Below are positions 26,215 through 38,702 of a stretch of DNA of 64,000 nt, one piece after another. The first letter of the stretch is position 1. Each line of letters opens with the position of its first letter. A program made the position numbers and the translations under genes. Under the pieces are notes generated by a model. It worked only from the letters and a program-made list of their open reading frames with translations. It did not search any database and was not told the DNA's origin. Origin of the DNA: Lama glama (Eukaryota). Where the stretch lies: the NCBI GenBank assembly GCA_028534125.1, contig CM052816.1, positions 5,272,001 through 5,336,000 on the forward strand, given 5' to 3'.

Positions 26215-26665
26215 ATATCAGTGATTTGCTCTAACCCACCTCCATTCCTCTTTCTGGGCACAGTGCCTGGACTTTCCTTTGGGGAACCAGTAGGTTCCAT
26301 CCCTAAGGTGGACCTATAGGAACCATCCCGCCTTCCTGGCTCTAGGATGGGCATGTGAGTTCAGCTGACCAATCAGAACAGTGCTCAGGGGTGTGTAAGG
26401 GACCAGCAGGCCAAGGAGACTCAACTTGGGAACTTCCGCAGGAAGGGTGGGAAATAGAAGCTCTCTTTCCACTGAGCTGCTTGTCTGAGAGGGAAGCCAA
26501 CCCCAAACAAAACAGAGCTGAGGGACTGAGAGAGACAGAGCCTGAATGAGCTGGGTTAGTCCCTGGCTCCAGGCCTGAAAGTTGTGTGGCCCACAATTCT
26601 GATTTCTTTGCTTAAATCAGATTGACTGAGATTTTGGTCGCCCGTAGCCAAGAGTCCCAGTTAAT
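26215..26665 (+). mobile_element. MaLR LTR (MLT1J/K-like)
   Basis: ggcatgtgagttcagctgaccaatcagaa, ttctttgcttaaatcagattgactgagattttggtc. Confidence 0.6.
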
Positions 26666-27738
26666 GCAATGGGGAAGAGGACAACGGGGAGGGTCGGGGG
26701 AAAGCAAGGGGTGATGAGCAGTTTATGGAGGTGGGTGTAGGCCGGACTACAGAGTTAAAGATTTATCCAACCACCAGAACTGGGAAGCATCTAACTGCCA
26801 AGCAGGAGAGCTCTCATAATGTGACTGTGCCTTTTGGAAACAAAAGCTCTGTTGGCTGTGAGAGAGAGAGAGACTGAGAGAGAGAGTCAATGATTCTTCT
26901 AGAAATTTCAGAGCCTTTGGAACATCTTTTCTGGGGTTTTCCCATCAGGATAGATGTCCTGGTCTGAAATTGGAGCCAAATTGTTAATCCATCAGCCCTG
27001 ATGGCATGTATCAATTTATCTTAATTTCTGAAAATACACTCATGCCTTTCAGAACAGTCTCTCGTCTCTGTCACCAAGAAGAAAAGGGATCTCAGCGGAG
27101 ATTAATCAGAGGGAATTTGGTCCTTTGTAAATGCTCTGCTCTGGCTGAAACAGAACACCGGGCATCTCAGGGAGTATCGCCGGCAGACACATGGGCTCGC
27201 CTGTGCCCTCAGCGCCGTGGGCAGGCCTTCTGGGGGGCCTGGGAGGCAATGCACTGGCAGAGGAGGCTCCGGCTCCAGGAGCTCGTGCTCTCAAAGCCTG
27301 GAGGGGGAAAGCCGAGGGAGAAAGGTCTCCCTGCCTGACCTGGGGGACTCCTCTTTACTGTCTCATTTCCACTCAAGAGTGAAGGAGATAACTGGACCAA
27401 ATGTAAACTGGAGCCAGCATCGTCCCCCTCCCCATGAGAGACTTTCAATATGGCTTCACTACCACGTCTTTTGTAAATAAACTGTGGGAAGAGAAACACC
27501 ATTTGTTCTGTCGTAATTGCCTGACGAGCACCATCAGACGGGTCTTTGAAACACACAGAATGAAATCATTTCGGGTTTAGAAATTCCTTTGTGCAAATCT
27601 TTCTCCATGCGCTATTTTCCATGGAGGGAGTTCCTGAAGGGGGACTTCTGGACCAAGGAGCTGGACCAAGGAGCCGGGGTCAGGCCAGTGACACACCTGC
27701 TCTGAGTATTCAACCAACAATTATTTATTAAATGCCTT

Positions 27739-28297
27739 TGAAACGGAGCAGGATCCCGTGGGGTCCTCCCTGGTTACAAATCCTTTCTGTGTCCCCCATT
27801 TCTTGTTGGTAGGAAATAGGCTTCATTCAGCCTCTTTGACTGTCCCTGAGTTCCAAAGGGCAGACTCAACAGTTGCTAATCGGGGAAGGAGGGGAGTGCA
27901 GAGACAAGGGAGGAACAGTCAAGAAACAATGGTGCAGCCTTGGAGCAGGGTCCTGGTTCCTCCTGAAGGAATATACACAACAGTGTCTTTGGGTTTTTCT
28001 GCAGGAACTAAGGCCCCCACACCCTGGCAACTTCAGGCTTAGCACAAGTTTCCTGGAGCATCACCCTATTACCTCCCCACCAAACAATCAGAAGAAAGTC
28101 ACACACCCTGCAGCCCTCACTCCAAATTTTGTCTATAAAAACTCCTCCCTGAAAACCATCAGGGAGTTCGGGTTTTTTGAGCATGAGTCACGTATTCTTG
28201 CTCGGCCCTGCAATAAACCTTTCTCTGCTCCAAACTCAACATTTCAGTTTGTTTGGCCTCACTGTGAGTTGGGCACACAAACTTTTGTCCAGTAACA
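27739..28297 (+). mobile_element. Solo LTR, ERV1-like, 559 bp
   Basis: TG...CA termini, 4-bp TSD CCTT (27735-27738, 28298-28301), TATAAAA 28134-28140, AATAAA 28212-28217; interrupts an L2-like relic. Confidence 0.85.
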
Positions 28298-30741
28298 CCT
28301 TCTCCCTGTCAGGCAATCCTTTAGGTATTTGGGATATAGCAGTGAATAAAACAGACATAGATTGTTTCCCTATTGAAGTTTACAGTCTGGTGAGAAATCA
28401 GAACACAGATGTGCACATTTCTGGGAACACATTTGGGAGAAAACTTTGTAAATCAAGCTTGTTTAATTGATGGACTGAAGAACTGTGAAGTTAAAACTCT
28501 TCTGACTCCTTATGTGTGATTTCACTGTTCCTGTAAGGATGTGACATTTGGAAAACTAGATTGCAGGAGCTAAGGATACTAAATAAATGACATCACTCAC
28601 CAAAACTGCACCCAAGGCAGACATCACTAATCAATCACTACTCCCTTTCTGATAAGCTTGGATGCAGCCTCAGAACAGACATTAACACAGAACTGGGGCA
28701 GCCCCTACGAATGGATCAGAGTTCGCTACGAGAGGAAACCTATTTCTGACTTTTTTGCCATTTCTACATTAGACTGTTACTATTTATTTCACCAAGAAGC
28801 TGCAAAATATCCTAGTAAATTGAGAAACACCCCAGGAGGGGACAAAAACTGAGAAGAAAGAGCAAGAGATTGCAGCCAACCTCTTAGGCTAGTTTTCCTC
28901 TCAAGTGGTCTTACGTCCCTGAAGGGGCCTATGAAACATGGCGAGTCAGGGTGTGGGCTTTGCAGTCGGGCAGACCTGGGTTCAGGTCCTGGTTCTGTTA
29001 GTTCCAACTGTGTAGGGTTTTGGTCTGAGCCCCACAGCCTCCCTGTGATACGGGTATAATAACGATATGACCTTCCTAGGGTTGTTGTGAGGATTCAATA
29101 AGCTAACACATGTGAAGGGCTTGGCATAGGGTCCAGCCAGCTCGGATCAGGGCTGAAACTGAGTCGCTGCACAGCAGAGTGGATGCACAGTTGTTTACAG
29201 CTGGCATCCACTCCAACTGGTTAGTGCTTATGCCATCATCATAAATATATTTAGTATCACCCGTAGATTTTAATACTAGATTCATTCAGGGAGCTGGTCC
29301 CCTTACAGGAGACAACTTCAGAACTGCACAGGTAAAACAAACACAGACTGCTTTTCAAACCAAAATAATGTTTCAGTAGAATTCTAAGTTATTTCTTTGC
29401 TAATGAAATTCCCAGTTCTGAACTGCTCACCCAGTGGCACACATAATGACAAAGACAATAATGTAAATGATTTTTACAATATACATTAAGAAGCACCTAA
29501 CAAGAATGGCCTTATTTAATCCTCTCAACAACCCTATGAGGATTGAAGTATCATTAAACCCATTTTAAGGGAACCCAAACTGAGGCTCAGTGAGATGAGC
29601 GTTCTTTGTCCAAGAGCACAGAGCTGGTAGGAAATGGCAGAGCTACGGTCTGACCCAGGCAGTCTGATCCCAGCACCGAAGCTTTCCTTGCTGTGTGTGA
29701 CAATGGTCCTTTGCATAAAAAGTTGATGCCCGACTTGGTGGGCATCAGGGTTGTGTATTCACAGGGTTCGGCCCAGGAATGGTGCAGGCTATCCCTCACA
29801 GGCTGGGGATATGCCTTACCAGGGCTTCCAGGGTGTGAGAAGCAGGCCCTAGCTGACCACAAGGGCACAGGACAAACCAGCCTTCCCCACTGCATTTCAT
29901 CTGGGATCAACACAAACATCCCACAAAAAAGGGGGGAGAATGTGGCCTCAGAAGTTTGGGTGGTTACCTAGTAACCATCATCTCCTTGACTGTGATCGTC
30001 AGAAGACTTCTGCAGTACATGGGCTGGTCTAATAGGTTATAGTAAATGTTGATTTATTGACTCTTCAACAGTTTCTACCAATTATTAATAGGTGGCTGTG
30101 TCCCCAGGTTGGGTGCTAACCACTTTCTAGATATTATCTCATTTAACCTTCACCAAAGTTCTGTAAGGTAGGTAGTATTACTATTCTCTTAGATGAGGAA
30201 AGAAAGCTCAGAGAGGTAATCGAACTTGCCCAAAGTTATACAGCTACTGAGTGGTGAAGCTGGGGTTTGAACCCAGGCTTTTCTGACTCCACAACTTGAG
30301 CTCTTAACCCCTGGTCTCTGCACATCAAACTCTAGCAGTGACAGTTACAAAGGGAAAACTTGAGGGGGTGGCCAGCAACCATAAAGGCCATCTTGGTATC
30401 TGTGAGGCCAGGGGGCCATCCTCAGAGCAGAGCTTTCTCCTGGGCTACGTGTCTTGTTTGGCCTTCTAGGTTTTTCTTACCCTCTGCGGTTTTGCTGGGC
30501 ATCTAAATGGGACACACATTCAGCCTTTGGTAGCATGAGGACCCCCACAGCTTCCGCCGCACACATACAATAAGCAGTGGCCGTTGGCTCCTGACTGGTT
30601 CCCCTGGGGAGCAGGGGGCGGCAGAGCCTGAGGCCTCCAGACTCTTTCCAGGCCCGGACAGACATGAGGCATGCAGCCTGCCAGGACAGGGGCCAAGGGC
30701 ACTGTGCCCAGGACAAGGGGGCTTCCTGAGAGCTGGCTCAC

Positions 30742-30859
30742 CTTGAATGAGATCTCATACTGCTCCCCTCCCCAGATCTCCAAGCCTGGGTCGTAGCCGC
30801 CCAGCTCCCAGAACCACTTCCGATCCACGGCGAACAGCCCGCCAGCCATCACGGGAGAC
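30742..30859 (-). CDS. GALNT10: GALNT10 coding exon (exon 7 equivalent), 118 nt, Gal/GalNAc-T motif
   Basis: [39 protein letters not shown]; cccgacag|G and AAG|gtgagc. Confidence 0.97.
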
Positions 30860-32134
30860 CTGTCGGGAGAGGAACGTGGCGTGAAGACACGGCATCCCGG
30901 CCGTGCGCCCTTGTGCATCCTGCTCTCCGATACTGCTGTTTCCCCAGGCATGAGGTTCTGAGAACCCAGGTGTCCAGCAGGGAATCAAAGCCCTTCCTCC
31001 TTCTTGTCTATACCTCCTTCACAAATGCGACATTTTAACCGACGGACCAAAAGTCCCTTGACACAGTGAACACCTAAGAGTACATGCAAAATGAAATCAC
31101 AGTGCTTTTCCCCTGCGGACCTTGTGGCTGCATCATATATGTATCTCCAGTCCTCCTGTTAGCTAAGCTGTCTGAATCAGATCTTTCTAAGCCTGTCTAG
31201 GCTGTAGATGGTCTTAGAGAGATGAAAACACAAGCAGCTCCCTTGGCCTTACCTAGACCTACAAAACAATCTCTGGGGGATGGAGTCAGGATTCTGTTTT
31301 CAGACAAGGTTCTATGATGATTCTTACTCTGTCAGCCCAGCGTGGACTTTTTCTCTGCCAAGCGTTTGTAGAAGAAGCTACAGTCCCTGCTCTTTCCGTT
31401 AAACTGGGAAAAGATGAACTCTACTCATTCATTCTCTCATTAGTTTATTCATCAAATACCAGCTGAGAAGCAGGTAGGGGAAGAATCTGGAGGTAAATCA
31501 GGGTCAGACTGAAACTTCAGAGGATGGCAGTGTGGCAGGGCAGCCACCTGAGGACAGAAGGATCCAGAAGACAGGTGGGGCATAACAAGGGCCTCTAGGG
31601 GGTGCAGCCAGTACTCCAGGAAAGGAGGGAGTGTCTGCCTCCAGGTTTTGGGGGTAAGGAGGGAGGCTGGGGCAGGAATCAAGGAAGGATACTCAGGGGG
31701 TAGTGTTCAAGGTGGGTATGGACAGGTGGGAACCAGGGGGAGGGGAAGGCACTCAGGAGGGAAAAACATGAGCCCGGGCACAGAGGTGATAAACTGTGGG
31801 GTGCAGCCTGCCAGAGTCCCCCGTGGTGCCTCTTGAGGCCCCGTTTTTATTACCCTGTTTTATGCACATAGAAACCAGAGTACAGATGGGTGAGACTGTG
31901 CAAGACTTGCTCAAGGCTTCACAGCTAAGCAGCATGGCTGGGATCTGACTCTCTAATCTAGGTGCAACCACTCCCCACGTGGCCACAATTCCCATCAGGA
32001 AGGAGCAAGTCCAGAGGCAGGTGGTGAGTGAAAAGGACAGTGGGTCAGAAACGGGGAGACCCTCACTCCAACCTCAGCTCTCCTTAACCTGTGGTGGGAC
32101 CTGAGATGAAGAATTTAACTCCATTTTGTAAATA

Positions 32135-32310
32135 ATCATTTACATATTTGTGTCTTTTGTGTCTTTTTTTTTTTTTTTTTAGATTCCACATGAGTGATAC
32201 CATACGGTACTTTCTCTTTCTGGCTTACTTCACTTAGAATGACCATCTCTAGGTATTGACACAACATTGTAAGCTGACTATACTTCAACTGAAAAACAAA
32301 CAAACAAACA
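32135..32310. mobile_element. Short L1 3' end with 5' inversion
   Basis: 32135-32254 antisense L1 3'UTR; 32255-32310 sense terminus attgacacaacattgtaagctgactatacttcaa plus (CAAA)n tail. Confidence 0.7.
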
Positions 32311-32319
32311 AGTTTAACC

Positions 32320-32643
32320 CGGGAACCCTGTGCTGCCCGGGAGCCACTGGCCACATGCAGCTACTGATACTTGACATGTGGCCAATCTGAACTGAGAGGG
32401 GCTGGCAGTGTGAGATACACACCAGGTTTCCCAGCTTTAATACGAAGAAAAGCACAGGAAAGATCTCAATAATTTCAGTGTTGGTCTCATGTTAAAATGA
32501 GAATATTTTAGACATAATGGGTCAAATAAAATATATAACTAAAATGGATTTTATCTGCTCCTCTTAACCTTTGTTTAACGTGTCTATGAGGAAATTTAAA
32601 AGTACACGTGTGGCTTGAATTATATTTCTATGGGACAGCGCTG
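32320..32643. mobile_element. MER3/MER33-like hAT relic
   Basis: gccactggccacatgcagctactga...tatatttctatgggacagcgctg; 8-bp TSD-like gtttaacc/atttaacc. Confidence 0.65.
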
Positions 32644-34451
32644 ATTTAACCTCTTTGAGCCTGGCTCTCCAACTACACAGGGATGTATAGCCATACTTCC
32701 TAGCCCACATTGTTAGGATAGTTCTGAAAGTATCTGGTACTACAGGGAAACAAGGTGTTATTAAATATTAGTATCAATTTTCCTTTGTCTTTTGAAGGTT
32801 GTCAGGTTTGGGGTTTTTCGGCTGGAGCTGTAATGCTTGGAGGGGCAGAGGGTGGTTCTGACTTGGTGCTTCAGGAAATCCAACCTAAGACTCCGCACAG
32901 GAAAATGAGCCTGGGTGGAAGCTGGTGGCAGGGGCCGTGGAACAGGCAGGGTTTTAGCTGTGAGGCATTTTGGATGCTTGAGACTTCGCCTGCAGAGGGA
33001 GGCCTCTCCTCCAGCCTGGGCTGTTTTCTGCTGTGTTCAACAGCAATCACAACAATTCTGAGCACTGTGTGCCACTCACCTTAGCAACATTCTCTCCAGC
33101 TCTCACAAAGCCCTATGACTGGCCCCCTTTCACATGGAGAAATTTGAAATTCAGAAATGCGCTAGGTGCTCCGCTCAAGGGCATGCAGTTAGTAAGTGGA
33201 TGAGCTGCGATTCAAATTGAATCTGCCACAGAGGCCCAAGTCTGTCAAACATCAGGACGAGGCCCTGTGCCCGCAGAGTGCCCATTCTCTGGGCTGCCTG
33301 AGGGGGGGTGCAGAAAATGACCATGATTTCTTAGTGGCGTCTTCTTGGGGTTTTGTCCGTGTGCAATGTAGAAGAGAGACTTCCGGAAGGAATTGGAGGG
33401 TTCAAAGGACGGAGAGTCCCTGGGGAAGCATCGGGGCCAGGAGGTCTCAACCTCGGCCACACGTCAGCATCACTGGGAGCTGATGCCTGGATCCCCACCT
33501 CCAGACCCTGGTGTAACTGGACTTGGAGGCAGTCTGGGCAGTTCTTTTAAAATAAACTCCTCAGGTGATGGCATCGTGCAGGAAGGGTTGAGAGCCCCTC
33601 CTCTAGGGCTGGGCCAACCCCTTTAATATCCAGACAGGAGTCCGAAGCTCCAGATGAAACTAGCTAGGCCTTTGCTTCTACCCAGCTGCATGACCTGCAC
33701 CCACCCTCTCCCCATCCTGCAAACAGGAGGATGGGTGGGCCAAGACCCACCCTCATCTACCTATGAGCTGATTGATGGCAGAGGCTCAAACTTTTAAAAG
33801 GGGGTCCTGGTTATCCTGATAATTTTCCAGCAGCCAGTCCGACCTGAGCCTCTGTTACATGTCACTTGGGCAAGTGTCATTTCCTATCTGAACCACAGGG
33901 TCCCCATCGGTCAAGCGGAGAGAATTCTACCGACACCCAAAGACACTGCTGTCAGCTGGAAGTGCTTCTCCAGCTCAGGCCAAATGTTAGTTACGCCTGT
34001 GATTAGCATTCTTCTCCAAGAATTCAGGGCAACTGGGGGCTGACTGAAGAATACTAGAGAGCGCTGGCTGCATGACGTGGTACTGGCTACACTGTATCTG
34101 TGGACTCAGGAGGGCCTAATAGTTGTGTTTGACTGTGTGTAGGATACAGGAGGTCAGGACAAGAACACAAATGTCTGGCCTGTGGAGGAAGCACAGGGGC
34201 TCCACTCACACCCTCCACTCTCAGCTGGTACCACTCCGTCGCCCGGCCACCTTCCACTTCCTCAAACAAGCCTACCTCTTCCTACCTCGGAGCCTCCTCT
34301 GGGGCCCACAGTGTTAGGGGGTCCCCCAGGAGCCCTGGGTGCACTGTGCCCATGAAGATGGCTGAGCTGCCAGTAGCCCCCTTTCCCAGATGGGGAGGGT
34401 GAGGCAAAGAGCAGCTGGGGTTCACTGGGGTCAAGCGGTGATCAGGTAGGT

Positions 34452-35010
34452 GTGGTAGACAGGATAATACTCTCCCCAAGAAGCCAATGTCTTAACTCCT
34501 GGGACCTGTGAATATGTTGCCTGACACAGAGGGCCCTTGCACGGTGTGATTAAAGATCCTGAGATGGGGAGATTATCCTGGTGGGCCCATAATCACAAGG
34601 GCTGAGAGTCAGAGAAGGAGATGTGATGATGGAAGCAAGAGACAGGGAGAGAGACTGGGGAGGGAGGTGAAGGGGAAGGTGGGGGAGGTGAAGGAAGGAG
34701 GGAGAGAGACAGGGAGGAAAGTGGTGGGGGAGAGGGAAGGAGGGAAGGACTTGAAGATGTCACACTGCTGGCTTTGAAGAAGAAGGGCGCCTGGGGCCAA
34801 AGAACGTGAGCAGCCTCTTGAAGCCGGAAAAGGCAAGGAAAGGGATTCCTTCCCAGAGCATCGAGAGGAAGCACAGCACAGCTGACAGCGACTTAGCCCA
34901 ATAAGACCTTTTCAGAAGTCTGACTTCCCAAAGTTTAAGACAATAAACTCGTGTTGTTTTAGTATGCTTGCAGTAATTTACTACCGCAGCAATAATTAGG
35001 AGACTAATCA
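34452..35010 (+). mobile_element. MaLR LTR (MLT1C/D-like) with internal purine-rich expansion
   Basis: tgtggtagacaggataat, gagatggggagattatcctgg, aaggcaaggaaagggattc, aataaactcgtgttgtttta. Confidence 0.8.
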
Positions 35011-35815
35011 GGAATCTAATAGAGCAGGAGAGATGGGACTTTGGCTTTGTACCCAGAGATCTTCCCACACCTCTGGCAGGAGAGCTGGAGTGGCTCACAT
35101 GACAGCTGCAGGGATGGAGAGCCCCTTGTGGAAGGAAGGACATTTCTGGAGCTTGGGGTACCAGAGAGGGACTGTCCTGGGGCCTCAGGCTCCTTATCTG
35201 CAAGGGGCTGGGGTCCACCACCTGTAAGTTCCCTTCAGCTTTCATACCCCAGGATGCTATGGCTCCAGTCCACGTGCCCCCACACCTCCACCACAGGATA
35301 AGCTGGCATTTCCCTAATAATTCAAAGAGGGTGCAACTGAAGGATGGGGAATTGGCTCCAGAGGCAGACAGACCTGCACGGTATCTGGCCTTTGCCATTT
35401 CATAGCTGTGTGACCTGGAAAGGCTGCTTAACCTCTTGGAAACTTGGTGTCCCTATTTGGAAAACGCAGATAATTTTTACTACAACAGTAATAACTGGTT
35501 GTTGGGGGTGTGCCTGGCACTTAGAAAGTGTTCAATAAATGGTGTGACGATGGCGAAGACCACCGAGATGATTACAACTGTCAGCCGCCCCCTGCTGGCA
35601 GTCCTGGGATGCGTAAGGAAGAGGTGACCAGCTTGGTGGTCCATGAGCCAAGGTTCTGTGACAAGCTGGGAGGGGCTAGGCTTCTGCTCGGGGAGATCTG
35701 CACTGGCCCCTCTGTGCTGGACTTCTGGGGGGAGGTGGCGATCCTGAGTCGTGTGTGTGTTGGGGAAAGGTCACTGGGTTGGCCACTGGGATCGGCCTGG
35801 GTCGCTTGCACTTAC

Positions 35816-35999
35816 TCAAATGGGTCGCTGGGGTCAGCTTTCTGCAGCTCTGGTGGGATTGGGATCCGCTTATAGTACATCTCCCAGTCAAAGGCGCCCC
35901 GCATGGCATCCCCGGCCTGTGTCTCGTACCGAAAGTCGTCGTGGTCAATCACATCAATCATGGGGCACACGATGGTCTTGCGGTTCCGAGCGATGCGGT
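35816..35999 (-). CDS. GALNT10: GALNT10 coding exon (exon 6 equivalent), 184 nt
   Basis: [62 protein letters not shown]; ttctgcag|AC and TGA|gtaagt. Confidence 0.97.
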
Positions 36000-36187
36000 C
36001 TGCAGAAGCCAAGAGATGCCCATTAGGGAGGCAGGATGGGGGAGCAGCTATGTGCATGACTCTACTCTGCAACTTACATTTTTAACACATTCTCTGGGTG
36101 ATTTCTCTGAACACATGAGTCGGAGAATCCATGAGGCAGGACAAGCTTTAAGCAACATGGATCAGGGCTCCTAGCGTATCCTGCCGG

Positions 36188-36203
36188 CCGTGAGGGGGCG
36201 CTG
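36188..36203 (+). promoter_or_regulatory. CTCF-like motif CCGTGAGGGGGCGCTG
   Basis: Strong AGGGGGCGC core with degenerate 5' positions. Confidence 0.5.
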
Positions 36204-36998
36204 GGCCAGCTGCATAAATGACGTCTCTGAGCCCCAGCGTTTTCCTCTGTGAAATGGGGAGCAGAGGCCCTGGTCGCAGGAGTACTGGGTACAGCAATGT
36301 TTGAAGGTTAGCACAGGTGCCTGCCACACGCAGCACTGCTACGGAAGGACAGATCCACTTCCTTCTGGGGGCCCCTGCAGCCAGGCACCCCAGCACTTGT
36401 CCCTCACGGCAGGCCGCCTGCCCCTGGCAGCTCCCCCACGCCTCCTGGCTGCCGTCAGAGAACAAGTGGGCTTCCTTGTGAGAGTCCAGCTCACTTTTTC
36501 CAACGGTCAGAACTTCTGAAGAGGGAATGGAATAGACTATCCCACGAGCTCTTCAGGACTGGAGGTGCGCCAGCAGGGCCTGGCGGACCCCTGCCCTGCA
36601 GGAAGGCTGCAGGCTCGGGGATTCAAGATGGCAAATGGGAGTCTTCACCTAGATGGCTCTACATCCCTTTCAAGCCAGGGAGAGGCTGACTCTATACAAT
36701 TCCGTCCGCCCTTCAGTGTGCCTCCTGCCAAGAAGCCCTGACTACATGCGGGAGGTGCCAGCGACTGAGGCAGATGATCTGCTGTGAGGGACACGTGGGT
36801 GATGCTGGGGTGCCTGGCTGCTTGAGCCAGGAGTCAAGTTCAAGACTTGCAATGGGGAGCCTGGTAGGGCCAGTGTAGGCTAGCAGCTGCCCAGGGCCCA
36901 GGCTTCATCAAACTACAGCAGATTCTTCTGCCAGGAGAGAAAGCAGCCATTTTGTCTTTTTCTAAACTGCAAGTCACGATCCACAGGAGGGTCATGAA

Positions 36999-37000
<2 letters not shown>

Positions 37001-37030
<30 letters not shown>
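37001..37030 (+). repeat. (TG)15 microsatellite
   Basis: Perfect dinucleotide run. Confidence 0.95.
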
Positions 37031-37034
<4 letters not shown>

Positions 37035-38527
37035 TAATGAAGCAGGAAAGAATACTGAATGGCAGGGTGCATTCTAGGTGATAAGAGAAAGCACTGTTTC
37101 AGGAAATGTGTTCCAATCACTCTGCAGCAGAGTGTGCACTTGTGCAGTGGACTGACCTGTCCAGTGTATTTCTGACTGTGGCACACAATCAAAAAAGTCT
37201 GGGAAATGCTGCCTCGTGGACAGGCTCCTTAGGGATTCTAAAGGAAGCTGAAGAATCTTCCCAGGGAAAGCTCTAGAAATGGGCCTCCCTTCCTAATTAT
37301 TCATGGCCATGTCGGGGGGTTCACTTCCAGGGAGGGTGTGGGCTGAGGACACAGTCCTCTGCTGGATGCTGGCTGATTGTGAGAGGTGTGATGTCAATGG
37401 GGTGGCATCAGAGAGGCAGCATTCCACAGGGCTGTACTCACTGGGGGAACAGAACGCCCAGGTGCAAACCCTGGTTCTGTCACCTACTAACAGTATAGTC
37501 TTGGACAAGGTTATTTGATGCCCCTGAACCTGGCTTCCTGGCCAACAAAATAGAGGGAGGGAGATACCACCTATCTCATGGGGCTTCTGTGAAGACTAAG
37601 TGGGACCAATTGGGCCACAATGCTCGAGCATGTGACCAGCCCTCTGACCACAGTCTCTGTGCCCGAGATTGCTGAAAGCAGCTCTGAAAGGAGTTGGAAA
37701 GCTGAGCATCCCCCTCGATCTCTCTGCCCTTCAGTTTTCTCAGTTGCAATATGTGGATAATAATGCCTGGCCTGTCTGTTTTATCACATCAAAAGTGGCC
37801 TAAAAAGCTAAGGGACTAGCAGAGCCATGATGATGATGGTGGTGGTGAAGGTGGAGATGAAGAAAATGATGGCCAACAGTGGCTCTCCTTTGGGAGGGCT
37901 GCCGAGATCCGTCTCAGACTCAGAAATGCCTGCTCTCCAAGGAAGGCAGAGTGAGTTGTGCTTGGAGGTACTCATGGTTTCAGAGACAAAAAGCCATGAT
38001 GGGCTCATATGAGCAGGGACAAACTTTCATATCTACACCACTGGTTCACATTTCCAGTGGAAAAAGGGGGAAAAAAAGGAGGAAGGCTGTTTCTTCCATG
38101 TATGTCTGCAGATTATGAAAATTACCCTCGTACATTACCATAGAAACAGAGTTCAGGCTGTTTGGGCTACAAGCTCGGCCTCAGGTACTACCATTTCATT
38201 CTCTTTATGAGTCACTGAGTGACCCACCAAATGGGATATTCCTTCAGGACTATAAATTAGGCGACTTATAGTGAGGTTTTTCCCCTTTCTGTTCTCTTTC
38301 AGTAATGAGGGGCAGATGTGGAAGAGCTCTTGGTTTAATTAAATAGTTTGCCAGAAAATCTGTTTTACCCTTTTCCTGACCCAGGGGTATGCTGGGCCCT
38401 TAAAATCAAAAACATAATTTAACACTAAAGATCCATACTGATCTGTGTTAGGAAACACATTTGCTGAGTTATCCCATGAGCCTGGGTAGTTTTGCTTTCT
38501 CTCCTCACTTCTGAATGGTGGCCTAAC

Positions 38528-38702
38528 CAGTGCTTCCCGAAGTGTAGTCCCGGGGCCAGCAGCACTGGCCTCACCTGGGGGCTGTGAGGAATGCAGCCTC
38601 TCAGGCCCCACCCTGGAACTCCTGAGTCAGAAACTCAGGAGTGGGGCCAGCACTCTGGGTTTTAACAAGTCTGCTAGGTGATTCTGATAACCCTCAAGTT
38701 TG
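38528..38702. mobile_element. MER5A-like hAT relic
   Basis: cagtgcttcccgaagtgtagtcc...ttttaacaagtctgctaggtgattctgat. Confidence 0.7.

Noticed and set aside
34760..35398. Longest ORF in the track (212 aa, minus strand)
   Set aside because: Runs into an MLT1 LTR and has no recognisable domain or exon structure; chance ORF
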